A DNA stretch of 64,000 nt. Origin: Dehalococcoidia bacterium UBA1141. GTDB taxonomy: Bacteria > Chloroflexota > Dehalococcoidia > Lucifugimonadales > UBA3495. This document shows, one piece after another, positions 30,732 through 40,593 of the stretch (its first letter is position 1; every line of letters begins with the position of its first letter). The translations under genes were made by a program, and so were the position numbers. The stretch is taken from positions 36,090-100,089 of the forward strand of contig DCAE01000047.1 in the NCBI GenBank assembly GCA_002311385.1, written 5' to 3'. Below the pieces are notes generated by a model, which did no database searches, was not told where the DNA came from, and saw only the letters and a program-made list of their open reading frames with translations.

Positions 30732-31535
30732 TTATGTTAAGTCTAACGTACTGGTTAACGGTTCAACCCAATTGTGGGGGGCCATGGCCACAACCGCCAT
30801 CAAAGCCAACACTTCAATCGTTTCGTTGACTGCGCCGTAGCTGTCACCGGACAATCCTCCAAGCTTTGCGGCCATGTATTTGCCGGCTAACCATGCAATC
30901 AAAGTGGCGCCGACAAGCATCCCCGCTCCGGCGATGCTCCCCAGCAGAACGGCTCCCGCGATGGCGGTTATCCCGGCTATTACGGTGGGTAACAGAATGC
31001 CGCCTTGGTGGAAAGGAGAACCCAAGCCTTGGCTCCTAACATACGGGAAAGAGCCCAAGGCGACGACCATGGACCATCGCGAGATCATGGGGAATAACAG
31101 CAAAGACCACTTTGGATCGTGGCCAGCGAATCCCAGCAAGGATACCAGAGCCCCGTATTTCAAGAGCAGAACCGCGGCTCCGCCGGCAACGCCAAAGGCG
31201 CCCACCTGGGAGTCTCGCATGATCTCGAGACGCCGCTCTTGGGTGAACCCGCCGAAAAGGCCGTCGCAGGAATCCATGAGGCCATCCAAGTGGAGCCCAC
31301 GGTTCACCACAATCAACGATACTAGCAACACGGCGGCTGATAGGTACACCGGGAAGACCTCGGAACATCCCCATTCCAAGCCCACCAGCATCAGACCAAT
31401 AAGCAGACCCACAGTCGGATAAAAGGCGCGGGAGCCGCTGAGATCCTGCTGGGATGGAGCCCATTGCTTGGCCCCCGGAATGATGTTAGCCGGGAAAACG
31501 GAGAGGAAGGTGAGGGCCGTCAGGAGAGAACTCAG
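30732..31535 (-). CDS. cobS: Adenosylcobinamide-GDP ribazoletransferase (cobalamin synthase) CobS
   Basis: GLHLDGLMDSCDG, IMRDSQVGAFG, GGLSGDSYGA; the frame extends upstream to a CTG overlapping the cobT stop (LSSLLTALTFLSVFP). Confidence 0.92.
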   Translation of the reverse strand: MSSLLTALTFLSVFPANIIPGAKQWAPSQQDLSGSRAFYPTVGLLIGLMLVGLEWGCSEVFPVYLSAAVLLVSLIVVNRGLHLDGLMDSCDGLFGGFTQERRLEIMRDSQVGAFGVAGGAAVLLLKYGALVSLLGFAGHDPKWSLLLFPMISRWSMVVALGSFPYVRSQGLGSPFHQGGILLPTVIAGITAIAGAVLLGSIAGAGMLVGATLIAWLAGKYMAAKLGGLSGDSYGAVNETIEVLALMAVVAMAPHNWVEPLTSTLDLT

Positions 31536-32629
31536 CCTTGGGCCTCGCCGCCATCTGCCTGACTGTCAGTTCTCTCAGATACTGAGGCTTCGGCGAAGGT
31601 GGCCATTTCCGCCAGACATTTTGCTGCAGCTTCGATGATGTGCATCGCCAGCGTCGCGCCGGTCCCTTCACCCAAGCGCATTCCCATATCCAACAAGGGG
31701 GTCAAACCCATGGCTTGGAGGCCGATTTCATGGCCCGGTTCTACGGACCGATGGGAGGCAATGAAGTATTGAGCGGCGGCAGGAGATATCGTCCAAGCGA
31801 TTAGAGCGGCGGCGCCGGAGATGAAGCCGTCAACCACCACCGGTCGCCGCCGGGAGGCGCAACCCAGCATGGCTCCAGCCAAAACGCCAATCTCAAACCC
31901 GCCAACCTTGCTCAGGATATCCAGCCCGTCTTTCGAGTTGGGTTGGTTTACCTCTAAGGCCCGGCGCACCACACTGATTTTATTGGCCAAGGCTTCATCG
32001 ACTAAGCCGGTGCCACGGCCTGTGGTTACGGAAGGTTCGGTCCCGGTGACCACGGCAGTTATGGCGCTGGAAGGTGTCGTATTGCCAATGCCCATATCGC
32101 CGCAAGCGATGAGGTCGGTGCCACTCTCGATAAGTTCTTGAGCGGTCTTGATGCCGGTCTCCAGGCACTGAATCGCTTGTTTTCGCGTCATCGCCGGACC
32201 GACGGCCATATTGGCGGTACCTTTGCCGACCTTGACCGAGCGCAAAGCCGGATTTGGCGGCAGGTCGGCGGCCACGCCAGCGTCCAGCACCACCACATCG
32301 GCTCCGCTGTGGCGGGCCAGCACATTGATAGCAGCGCCGCCGGCCAGGAAGTTCATGACCATGGCAGGGGTAACTTCCTGGGGGTAGGCGCTGACGCCTT
32401 CGGCTACAACGCCGTGATCCGCAGCGGCCAGGATGACCGTCTTGCGGCGGATTTTGGGGATGGATTCCCCGAAGATACCAGCCAAAGTCACCGAAAGCAC
32501 TTCCAATCGCCCCAGGCTGCCCAATGGCTTGGTCAGCGTATCCTGCCGGGCCCTAGCTTCGCCCATTGCATCCTGGCTGAGGGGGCCAATTTGGCTGATA
32601 GTTTGGTCAATAAGTGATGAAATCGGCAT
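31532..32629 (-). CDS. cobT: Nicotinate-nucleotide-dimethylbenzimidazole phosphoribosyltransferase
   Basis: LTKPLGSLGRLE, AADHGV, GDMGIGNTT, MRLGEGTGA. Confidence 0.95.
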   Translation of the reverse strand: MPISSLIDQTISQIGPLSQDAMGEARARQDTLTKPLGSLGRLEVLSVTLAGIFGESIPKIRRKTVILAAADHGVVAEGVSAYPQEVTPAMVMNFLAGGAAINVLARHSGADVVVLDAGVAADLPPNPALRSVKVGKGTANMAVGPAMTRKQAIQCLETGIKTAQELIESGTDLIACGDMGIGNTTPSSAITAVVTGTEPSVTTGRGTGLVDEALANKISVVRRALEVNQPNSKDGLDILSKVGGFEIGVLAGAMLGCASRRRPVVVDGFISGAAALIAWTISPAAAQYFIASHRSVEPGHEIGLQAMGLTPLLDMGMRLGEGTGATLAMHIIEAAAKCLAEMATFAEASVSERTDSQADGGEAQG

Positions 32630-32704
32630 TAACCACCATTCTTGTCCGTCCCCTGGGAGGGAAGAATATTAAGACAGACACTTGAACCGACAGTTGATAG
32701 CTAG

Positions 32705-33334
32705 CTAAAACTCGATGCCCGGTTGGGCTTTGATTCCCTTCTGGTACGGGTGCTTGATTACCTGCATCTCGGTGACCAAGTCAGCGTACTCCACCAGCGC
32801 TTCGGGAGCGTTACGGCCGGTGATGATGATGTGCTGCATCTCGGGCCGGTTTTTCAAGACTTCGATTACCTCATTGGTGTCGACCCAACCATAGTGCATC
32901 GGGTAGGTGAACTCGTCCAGAACAATCAGGTCATACTCACCCGAGGCGATAATCTTCTTGCAATCTTCCCAGTGCGCCACGGCTAAATCGGCGGTCTTGT
33001 CCAAATCCTGGGAGCGCCAAGTAAATCCGTCACCCATGGCCCGCATTTCCAAGCCCATTTTCTGGGCGGCGCGCTGCTCGCCAAAATTGGCGGTGGAATG
33101 CTTGATGAACTGAAGAATGATTACTTTGAGGCCCCGTCCCCAAGCCCTTAGCGCCGTTCCCATGGCGGCGGTGGTTTTGCCCTTGCCCTTTCCTGTATTG
33201 ACGATTACCAAACCCACGTTGGTTCGCGGGCCCGTTACGGACTGGGGTCCTGGCTCCTCTACTTCTGAGGCTTGGGACCCTGTGGCTTGGGACTCAGAAG
33301 ATTGCGATTGGGCGGACTGCTCTTCAGCGCTCAT
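32705..33334 (-). CDS. cobO: Cob(I)yrinic acid a,c-diamide adenosyltransferase (CobO/BtuR/CobA)
   Basis: [28 protein letters not shown]...GIEF. Confidence 0.94.
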   Translation of the reverse strand: MSAEEQSAQSQSSESQATGSQASEVEEPGPQSVTGPRTNVGLVIVNTGKGKGKTTAAMGTALRAWGRGLKVIILQFIKHSTANFGEQRAAQKMGLEMRAMGDGFTWRSQDLDKTADLAVAHWEDCKKIIASGEYDLIVLDEFTYPMHYGWVDTNEVIEVLKNRPEMQHIIITGRNAPEALVEYADLVTEMQVIKHPYQKGIKAQPGIEF

Positions 33335-33404
33335 ATTGACTCCTATTTACATGGTCGATTTAACACGGCCAACGCAGTTGGCGTCGATTGAAAAGCTCGT
33401 TGGG

Positions 33405-34823
33405 CTAAATCTTACCCAATTTCGACATGTCAGAAGGACCCGAACAGGTATCGACGAACCGCCGGGCCAAAGACGGATCGCTGCCCAAGTGGATATGGAC
33501 ATAAGACGCCCAAACGCTACCGGCGTGGAAGCCGTCTGGCCGATTCTCTTGGTCCAACACCCGGTACACAGACTCGCTTTCGCCGGGGGCCTCTTCGAGA
33601 ATGGACCAATGGAATTCGTGGGCTCGCACTCGCTGCCCTCGAGTCATCAGGGGGTTGTCGATGCGGGACTCGACCTCACGGTAACCCAATACTAAACGTT
33701 TGTCAGACATGGCGGAAACCGCCGGAATAACGCCGACCATGGGGTGTTGCTGACCGTCCAGGTCCGACAAACTTTTGCCCAAGTACATCAGACCGCCACA
33801 CTCGCCGTACACCGGCACGCCCCGTTTAACTGCGTCTCGAATCGACGCCAGCATGGGCTTATTGTTCGCCAATTCGGAAGCGAACATTTCCGGAAATCCG
33901 CCACCGATATAAATGCCGCCAGCCCCTAGAGGCAATTGTTGGTCTTCCAAAGGGCTAAATGGCAAGAGTTCGGCGCCCCAAGACTCCAGCAGGTCCAGGG
34001 AGTCTTGGTAGTAGAAACTGAAGGCCTTGTCCTGAGCGATGGCAATCCTCGCCCGTTTCGGCTCGTTCTGTTCAGGATAGGCAGCGACATAGCCCTCAGG
34101 CTGGGGCGCCGGTGGGTTGCAAGTTTCTGCGATTTTTACGATACGGTCTAAGTCGAAGGTTTCTTCGACTTGTTTGGAGATTGCGTCATACCAGAGGTTG
34201 GCTACTGTGCCTTCCACAGTGGGTATGAGCCCCAAATGCCGCTCGGGCTGGACGAATTCTTCCCGCCTGGGCAGGTATCCCAGCACCGGCAGGCCGGTTG
34301 TGGCCTCAATCTGGGGTTGGCAAAATTCCAGGTGCCTGGGACTGCCAATACCGTTTAGGATGACGCCAGCGATGCGTAAATCCGGGTCGAATTGTTGGAA
34401 ACCCAGAATCTCGGCTGCCACGCTGCGTGCAACCTTGCCAGCATCAACCACCAGAATCACCGGGGCGTTAAGGAGTTTGGCAAGTTCAGCGGTGGAACCA
34501 TCCTCAGTAAGACTGGAATGGCCGTCGAACACGCCCATAACGCCTTCCACGATGGAGATTTGCCTCTTTCCGGCGGCACGTTGAAATAACTCCACGACAG
34601 TGGGATGGGGCAAGAGCCAGGTGTCGAGGTTGCGGCTGGGTGTGCCGCAGGCGATTTGGTGGTAGGACGGGTCGATATAATCCGGGCCAGCCTTGAAGGG
34701 TTGCACCTGGTAGCCGCGGCGTGTCAACGCCGCCATAATCGCAGTGGCAATGGTGGTCTTACCTACGCCACTTCTAACCCCGGCTACTACAACGGTTGGA
34801 TTCAATTTAGTTTCCTTTAGCAT
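33405..34823 (-). CDS. cbiA: Cobyrinate a,c-diamide synthase (CbiA/CobB)
   Basis: SGVGKTT, FKAGPDYIDP, EGVMG, ERHLGL, ECGGLMYL, HEFH. Confidence 0.93.
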   Translation of the reverse strand: MLKETKLNPTVVVAGVRSGVGKTTIATAIMAALTRRGYQVQPFKAGPDYIDPSYHQIACGTPSRNLDTWLLPHPTVVELFQRAAGKRQISIVEGVMGVFDGHSSLTEDGSTAELAKLLNAPVILVVDAGKVARSVAAEILGFQQFDPDLRIAGVILNGIGSPRHLEFCQPQIEATTGLPVLGYLPRREEFVQPERHLGLIPTVEGTVANLWYDAISKQVEETFDLDRIVKIAETCNPPAPQPEGYVAAYPEQNEPKRARIAIAQDKAFSFYYQDSLDLLESWGAELLPFSPLEDQQLPLGAGGIYIGGGFPEMFASELANNKPMLASIRDAVKRGVPVYGECGGLMYLGKSLSDLDGQQHPMVGVIPAVSAMSDKRLVLGYREVESRIDNPLMTRGQRVRAHEFHWSILEEAPGESESVYRVLDQENRPDGFHAGSVWASYVHIHLGSDPSLARRFVDTCSGPSDMSKLGKI

Positions 34824-34897
34824 TCATCGGCCAGCATTCAGGGCTGACCGACCGGCCGGTTGGATATTTGGGGTCTGGTTTTTTCAGAATATCCTGT

Positions 34898-35281
34898 TTA
34901 TGAGGCTAGGGGAATTATCTCCCCATAGCGCTCCCGCATCTTCATGAACAAATCGTGCCTGGGCTGGTTGTTTTCGGGTTTGTCCGATTTCCTGAGATAA
35001 ACCCGGAACACCGGTTGGTCCTCGTCGTCCACCATCCACAAGGAGTAGCTGGGTTGGCCCTCCTGGTTCATGGTGAAGACGAATTTGGCTTGTTTAACCT
35101 GGTCCATCTTCACGTGGAGGTGGGTACCGCCGTGAGCCAGGAAAGTGACGATTTTCCCATCGTCGGTAAACCGCAGATCCTCAAACATTGTGTAAACCTC
35201 TGCGGTGGACACGCCATTGCCCAGCATCAACACAACCTCGGCAAAGCCTGGTTGGCAATCTTCAAGAATCTGACGTAACAT
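34898..35281 (-). CDS. ChuX/HutX-like tetrapyrrole-binding/carrier protein
   Basis: 127 aa from ATG 35281 (SD AGGAGG); HLHVK...F...SYSLW...PVFRVYL pattern resembles ChuX/HutX. Confidence 0.6.
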   Translation of the reverse strand: MLRQILEDCQPGFAEVVLMLGNGVSTAEVYTMFEDLRFTDDGKIVTFLAHGGTHLHVKMDQVKQAKFVFTMNQEGQPSYSLWMVDDEDQPVFRVYLRKSDKPENNQPRHDLFMKMRERYGEIIPLAS

Positions 35282-35291
35282 TGGGCCTCCT

Positions 35292-35322
35292 AAAAACAAA
35301 AAAACCTGGCATCCCGGCCAGG
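35292..35322 (-). terminator. Intrinsic terminator in the 5' leader of the hutX-like/cob operon
   Basis: CCTGGC-cgggat-GCCAGG followed by TTTTTTTGTTTTT, directly before the SD. Confidence 0.8.
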
Positions 35323-35422
35323 CTTTCCCTTGATACCCCAACTACGCGGGACCAGCTTCGGGTTATCTTGTTATTTTAACGGCCCCAAACGATGTAATCT
35401 GCGTCCGTCTGGAGTGACGTTT

Positions 35423-35451
35423 ATTGTATGGCCCACCTGTAATAGCGTCAA
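35423..35451 (-). promoter_or_regulatory. Sigma70-type promoter of the cob operon
   Basis: TTGACG-17 nt-TACAAT. Confidence 0.75.
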
Positions 35452-35617
35452 CTTGAAGCTGCCCTGGAAAACATACAGCGGCAGCGCACCTGAAGCTTGT
35501 AGGTTCTGGTTGACAAGAGTCTTTGGTACGTTTAATTTCATGATTGTCGCTCTAGTCTGGAACCTGGATTTGCCGCGACCTGGCGGATTATACAAACTAA
35601 GATTACGGAGAGAAACG

Positions 35618-35998
35618 ATGCCGACTTACACCTACGACCACATCCACCTTCGCAGCCTGGAACCTTTGGAGACGGCCCAATATTTCCACAAGATGTTCGG
35701 CGCCAAGATTATGGAGACGGTCCAGTCTGATGGTCAGCCCAGGGTCGATATCGACGTCAACGGGCTGATTATCTTCATAGCGAAGGCTGGTACTGACACG
35801 CCGCCAAGCCTGAAAGACCCGCATCTGGGGTTGGACCATTTTGGATTTCGGGTGGACAACTTGGATGAAGCAGTGAAAGAACTCAAAGAAAGGGGAGCGG
35901 AGTTCGCTGTCGAGCCCTACCAACTCAGACCTGATTTGAAGATTGCCTTCGTGCGGGCTCCGGGGGATGTTCGCATCGAATTGCTAGAGCGGTCGTAA
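35618..35998 (+). CDS. VOC/glyoxalase family protein
   Basis: DHIHL, GLDHFGFRVDNL, AFVRAPGDVRIEL; ATG after GGAG. Confidence 0.88.
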   Translation: MPTYTYDHIHLRSLEPLETAQYFHKMFGAKIMETVQSDGQPRVDIDVNGLIIFIAKAGTDTPPSLKDPHLGLDHFGFRVDNLDEAVKELKERGAEFAVEPYQLRPDLKIAFVRAPGDVRIELLERS

Positions 35999-36063
35999 GG
36001 GGCGATAGACGCCTGAACCACTTACGAAAGAGGCGCTTTTATCAGTCTTAGAGACCGGCTTTC

Positions 36064-36270
36064 CTAATAGTTATGATGGCGGCGGAAGCGGGCCATCCAG
36101 AAATACATGCCGGTGGCGAACATGACGATTCCTGAAACCAGTGAGAGGTAGCCTACGAGTTTTACCAAGAATTCTCCCACCGGTGTGAGGAGAACTAGGC
36201 CAATCACAATCAACATTACCCCAAAAACTATGGGCGTTTTGGCGCTGGACATATTAATCTTAAAACGCAT
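36064..36270 (-). CDS. Small two-TM membrane protein
   Basis: Two hydrophobic helices and a basic tail. Confidence 0.55.
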   Translation of the reverse strand: MRFKINMSSAKTPIVFGVMLIVIGLVLLTPVGEFLVKLVGYLSLVSGIVMFATGMYFWMARFRRHHNY

Positions 36271-36311
36271 TTTTCACCGCCATCCGGTCGTGATAAAAAG
36301 CAACACCCAAG

Positions 36312-37187
36312 TCATGAGGCCGAATAATATGACGCGGAGTTTTCAACAACCCGCTTTTCTTCAGTGAGCTTGGCCAGGTGGGTTCGGACGTTGCGGGCGG
36401 CTGCTTCCCTAAGGTTTTTTCGTAGATTACGGGGGTAAACCCGGCCCACGATTTCGTCAACCGCTTTGGCCCCTGCTTCCACCGCCGCGATAACCTGCTC
36501 TTCCCTCTGCTGGCGGTGTCCTATATACCATTGGAGGCGCTGAGTAGCGTTTTGGATTATTTGCCCATGACCTGGGCAGATTAGGTCGGGCCGCTGCCGG
36601 GCCATCAAATCCAAGGAACTCATATATTGCTTAAGGTTGCGCACACTGGACGAGGAGTTGCCCAGGATGGTATCGCCGCTGAATAGGACCCGGCCTTTCG
36701 CCATGTAATAGGCAACGTGGTCGTCCTCATGGCCGGGAGTGAACAAGACCCTGAAAATATTGCCTCCACCCGTGGCGACGGTCTCCCTGGAACCCAACTT
36801 CTGGACGCAACCAGCACCAAGACGTTGGGTTAGCAACGGCTCCAATTTGGGATGGCAACGAACGGGGCAGTCCAACACCTGTTGCAACCGGTCCAAGCCG
36901 CCGATGTGGTCCCCGTGGCCGTGGGTGATTAGTATTGAAGATATGCGGGGTTTGCCCAATTCGGCGTGGTAGTCCAAGATTTGCTTAGTCCAAGCACGGT
37001 ACGGCTCTCCGGTATCGACAATGACCATGTTGTCGTTGGGGTCGCCCACGAAATATATCTGGGTCCCGCCGGGGTGCATGGCCCCAAATGTGCTCTGGTC
37101 TTCCACAATGTGGGTGCTATAAATATGCTCGGCGATTTGCATCTTATCCCTCGGCAGGCGATTATCCCCGACCTCCGTCGTTAGCAA
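36312..37187 (-). CDS. Metallo-beta-lactamase fold hydrolase (LACTB2-like, C-terminal winged helix)
   Basis: THGHGDHIGG, TPGHEDDH, FSGD, PGHG. Confidence 0.9.
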   Translation of the reverse strand: MLTTEVGDNRLPRDKMQIAEHIYSTHIVEDQSTFGAMHPGGTQIYFVGDPNDNMVIVDTGEPYRAWTKQILDYHAELGKPRISSILITHGHGDHIGGLDRLQQVLDCPVRCHPKLEPLLTQRLGAGCVQKLGSRETVATGGGNIFRVLFTPGHEDDHVAYYMAKGRVLFSGDTILGNSSSSVRNLKQYMSSLDLMARQRPDLICPGHGQIIQNATQRLQWYIGHRQQREEQVIAAVEAGAKAVDEIVGRVYPRNLRKNLREAAARNVRTHLAKLTEEKRVVENSASYYSAS

Positions 37188-37297
37188 CTAGGCTAAAACC
37201 CGGTTATTTGCGATGTTAGACGGGGGCTACCGATACGTCAATCCCTGGGATAACGCTGTGGTATGATGCGCCAATCTCACGCCTATGGTGAAAGCAA

Positions 37298-39631
37298 ATG
37301 ACGACTAAAGAGGACCTATCCGGGGCGTTGCCCGATGTGACCAGCACTTATCACTTTGCAGGCTTGGGCACGCCGGTGGAGATATACCGGGACACTTTCG
37401 GGGTTCCTCATATCCGGGCTGGCAGCGAAAAGGACGCTTTTTTCACCCAAGGATTCGTCACCGCCCAAGACCGCTTGTGGCACATGGAGTATGACCGTCG
37501 TCGCGGCTCCGGACGCTGGGCAGAAGTTGTAGGCGTAACAGGATTGGCTCAGGACAAACTTATGAGACGGTTCCGGCTGGCGGCGGCTGCCAAGGCTGAC
37601 TATCAGGCTGTCGGTCCACAAACAAAGGTGATGTTTGACGCCTACGCTGCCGGTGTTAACGCATTTATCGATAACTCTGGCACTCTACCCGTCGAGTACG
37701 GGATTACTGGTTTGAAACCGGAGCCATGGCTGCCCTGGGACGGCTTGATTGCCTACAAAGTGCGGCACATATTTATGGGCGTTTTTGAGTCCAAGCTCTG
37801 GCGGGCCCGCTTGGTGCGCGAGTTGGGACCGGAGAAGGCAGCTAGGCTGTTTCCCGGCTACCAGCCGGGCCATCTGTTGATCCTGCCGCCGGGAGCCGTC
37901 CATTCCGGGCCATTGGATTACGGGCTGGATGAATTGTGCCAGGGCGCAGCCGCGCTGAACTACTTGACTGACACTGATGGCGGAAGCAACAGTTGGGTCC
38001 TTTCCGGAGACCGGACCGCCACTGGAAAGCCCATTTTGGCTGGAGATTCCCACCGGGCGTTGGACACTCCCAACGCCTACTACCAGAATCACCTATCTTG
38101 CCCGGAGTTCGACGTTACCGGTCTGTCTTTCCCTGGCGTACCTGCTTTTCCCCACTTCGGCCACAACGAATGGGTGGCTTGGTCGGTGACCCATACCTCG
38201 GCCGACTACCAAGACCTTTATATCGAGCGGTTCAACCCCGACCAATCCGGTTCATACCTTTACCAAGATGAATGGAAACCGGCAGAGGTTTTTCATGAAA
38301 AGATAGGCGTAAAGGCCGGCCAGGATGTAGATTTGGACGTTTGGGTAACCCACCACGGACCGCTCATATCCGGCAGTCCGGAACAGGGCGCAGGGTTATC
38401 TTTCAAGTACATCGCCACTGACCAGCCGTCAGCTTGGGCGGACATCTTGTGGCAGATGCTGCGGTCCAAAGACGCAGAACAATTGGTCGAGTCCCAGAGG
38501 GATTGGGTAGATCCGTGCAACAATTTCCTGCTGGCCGATGTCCACGGCAATTCCGGATATCTTTGCCGGGGGCGAATACCCGTCCGCTCACGAGCCAACG
38601 CATGGCTGCCGGTGCCGGGGTGGACCGGCGAGCATGAGTGGCAAGGCCAGATTCCCTTTGAAGAGCTGCCTAGGTCAATGAACCCCAATGAAGGCTACAT
38701 CGCCACTGCCAACAACCGCCCGGTCGGTGACGATTATCCCTATTACATCGGGGTTGACTTCGTACCCGAATTTCGTGCCAAGCGGGTCACCGAAGGCCTG
38801 CTTTCATTGAGTAAGCCGAATATGCCAAATGCCTCGGACATGGCTGTGGTTCACGGGCAGAAGGTTTCCATAACTGCCGAAACGTACATCGAATTGCTCA
38901 AGAGCGTGGAGCCACAAGACGAGATGTCAGCCGAGGCCAAAGAAAGGCTTCTCGGTTGGTCAGGTTCGATGGACCTCAATCTGGTGGAACCCACGATTTG
39001 CAGCGCTTGCCGGGACCAAATGTTAAAAGAGATATTCCAACAGAACCTGACCCCGAAATTGGCAGAGGACGCATGCAGGCCAGCCAACCGTGGAACATCC
39101 ACTTTTGTGAATAGGATGAAAGCGCAAATGGCGGCCATGATTCAATCCGACGACCGAACGCTACTCCCGCCGGGGGAAGACTGGGCGTCGATGATGGCCC
39201 GCGGACTTAGCAAAGGGGTAGAGGCCCTATCCGCCTTATTGGGACCGGACATGAGCCAATGGCGCTGGGAGAGGGTCCACCAAGCGCGTCCCAAGCACCC
39301 GCTTTCGGTATCGAAGCCCGAACTTTCCCCGTTCTTGGACCCACCGGCCATTCCCTCTGGCGGAGACTGGGACACCCCGCTAGCTGGCGCATATTCCGCA
39401 GCGAACCCGGCCACCATTACCACCCTTTCAGTCGCTCGATACTCATACGACTTGGCCGACTGGGATGATTCTTTGTGGGTGGTGCCTTTGGGCAGTTCAG
39501 GGCATCCGGGGAGTAAGCACTACCATGACCAGTCGGCCGCTTGGAGCCAAGTGCAGATGGTGCCCATGGTTTATTCCTGGGAGCGCATCATTGCCGAAAG
39601 CGAGACTCAACAAAGGCTGGAGCCAGCTTAA
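37298..39631 (+). CDS. Penicillin acylase family Ntn-hydrolase (peptidase S45)
   Basis: RDTFGVPHI, AQDRLWHME, GSNSWV nucleophile, TANN, GSSGHPGSKHY.DQ. Confidence 0.93.
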   Translation: MTTKEDLSGALPDVTSTYHFAGLGTPVEIYRDTFGVPHIRAGSEKDAFFTQGFVTAQDRLWHMEYDRRRGSGRWAEVVGVTGLAQDKLMRRFRLAAAAKADYQAVGPQTKVMFDAYAAGVNAFIDNSGTLPVEYGITGLKPEPWLPWDGLIAYKVRHIFMGVFESKLWRARLVRELGPEKAARLFPGYQPGHLLILPPGAVHSGPLDYGLDELCQGAAALNYLTDTDGGSNSWVLSGDRTATGKPILAGDSHRALDTPNAYYQNHLSCPEFDVTGLSFPGVPAFPHFGHNEWVAWSVTHTSADYQDLYIERFNPDQSGSYLYQDEWKPAEVFHEKIGVKAGQDVDLDVWVTHHGPLISGSPEQGAGLSFKYIATDQPSAWADILWQMLRSKDAEQLVESQRDWVDPCNNFLLADVHGNSGYLCRGRIPVRSRANAWLPVPGWTGEHEWQGQIPFEELPRSMNPNEGYIATANNRPVGDDYPYYIGVDFVPEFRAKRVTEGLLSLSKPNMPNASDMAVVHGQKVSITAETYIELLKSVEPQDEMSAEAKERLLGWSGSMDLNLVEPTICSACRDQMLKEIFQQNLTPKLAEDACRPANRGTSTFVNRMKAQMAAMIQSDDRTLLPPGEDWASMMARGLSKGVEALSALLGPDMSQWRWERVHQARPKHPLSVSKPELSPFLDPPAIPSGGDWDTPLAGAYSAANPATITTLSVARYSYDLADWDDSLWVVPLGSSGHPGSKHYHDQSAAWSQVQMVPMVYSWERIIAESETQQRLEPA

Positions 39632-39649
39632 TCTGATCAGCATCCAACA

Positions 39650-39895
39650 TCAGGCGACGACTCCCGGGCTGGCTGCTAGGTTTTCAGCACGGTAGCGTTT
39701 GTAGAAGCGCTGGAGGGCCACCAGGGACCATAACCCTTCGATCACCGTTATAGGGTAGGCCTCCACCAGGCCGCTGTAAGCGGAAGTCGCCGCCGAAGCG
39801 ACGGCGAAAATCAGCACCATCCATTTGGAGGTACCCTCCCGCCAGTATGCGAGGAACATGATTCCCACTGCCAGTGAGCCAAATACCGTTAACAT
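39650..39895 (-). CDS. Small membrane protein
   Basis: Three short hydrophobic segments; SD GGAGAGG. Confidence 0.65.
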   Translation of the reverse strand: MLTVFGSLAVGIMFLAYWREGTSKWMVLIFAVASAATSAYSGLVEAYPITVIEGLWSLVALQRFYKRYRAENLAASPGVVA

Positions 39896-40012
39896 GATCC
39901 TCTCCGTTTTATAGACGGCCAGGTGACCAAAATTCTCCCTGCCATTGCCAGCGCCTCTATTGGGAGATTAGCGACTTAACTCACCGGAACCAAGCCGGTG
40001 AGCATCTATGGC

Positions 40013-40486
40013 CTAACCGGCTGAGAGATGCTCACCCAACAGGTCCAGGGCCGCTTGTGCAGAAGCCCGCTTGGTGGCATCCCGGTCCCCTTCCACATGA
40101 ATCTCGATGGCCCTGTCTACCCCTCCTTTTATCGCCAGACCAACGTAAAAGGTTCCTATTGGGTATTTCGAGCGTCCTTGAGATGGGCCGGTAACTCCAG
40201 TGACGGAAACTGCATAATCGGTGTCGGTCAGTTCCCGAACGCCCTTGGCCATGGCGATTGCCATCTCTTCGCTGACGCTACCGTAGGTGTCGTAAAGCTC
40301 ATCGGACACGCCAAGAATCTTCTGCTTGAGCCCGCCGGTATAGGCGATGACTCCCCCCGGAAAAAACTTGGATGCTCCGGGCACGGTGCCCAGCATGTAA
40401 CCAATGAGCCCGCATGTGTCAGCCTCGGCCACGGAAACTGTCTGCTCCCGTTCCAGCAGTATGCCAGCCAACTCATTTACGTCCAT
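40013..40486 (-). CDS. CinA C-terminal/PncC-like protein
   Basis: VAEADTCGLI, PGASKFF.GG..AY, GSVSEE.A.AMA.G, SVTGVTGP. Confidence 0.85.
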   Translation of the reverse strand: MDVNELAGILLEREQTVSVAEADTCGLIGYMLGTVPGASKFFPGGVIAYTGGLKQKILGVSDELYDTYGSVSEEMAIAMAKGVRELTDTDYAVSVTGVTGPSQGRSKYPIGTFYVGLAIKGGVDRAIEIHVEGDRDATKRASAQAALDLLGEHLSAG

Positions 40487-40593
40487 GTCACACTCCTTTT
40501 TTACCCAGTCTTTAGATAATCTATTCCGGTGGCCGGTTCCGATCGAAGGGTCAGGGATTACGTAATCTTTCTAAAGTAGAAGCTAATTCTTGG

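Noticed and set aside
35282-35420. Canonical cobalamin riboswitch
   Set aside because: B12-box and other conserved segments not found by eye; reported instead as an unknown leader.
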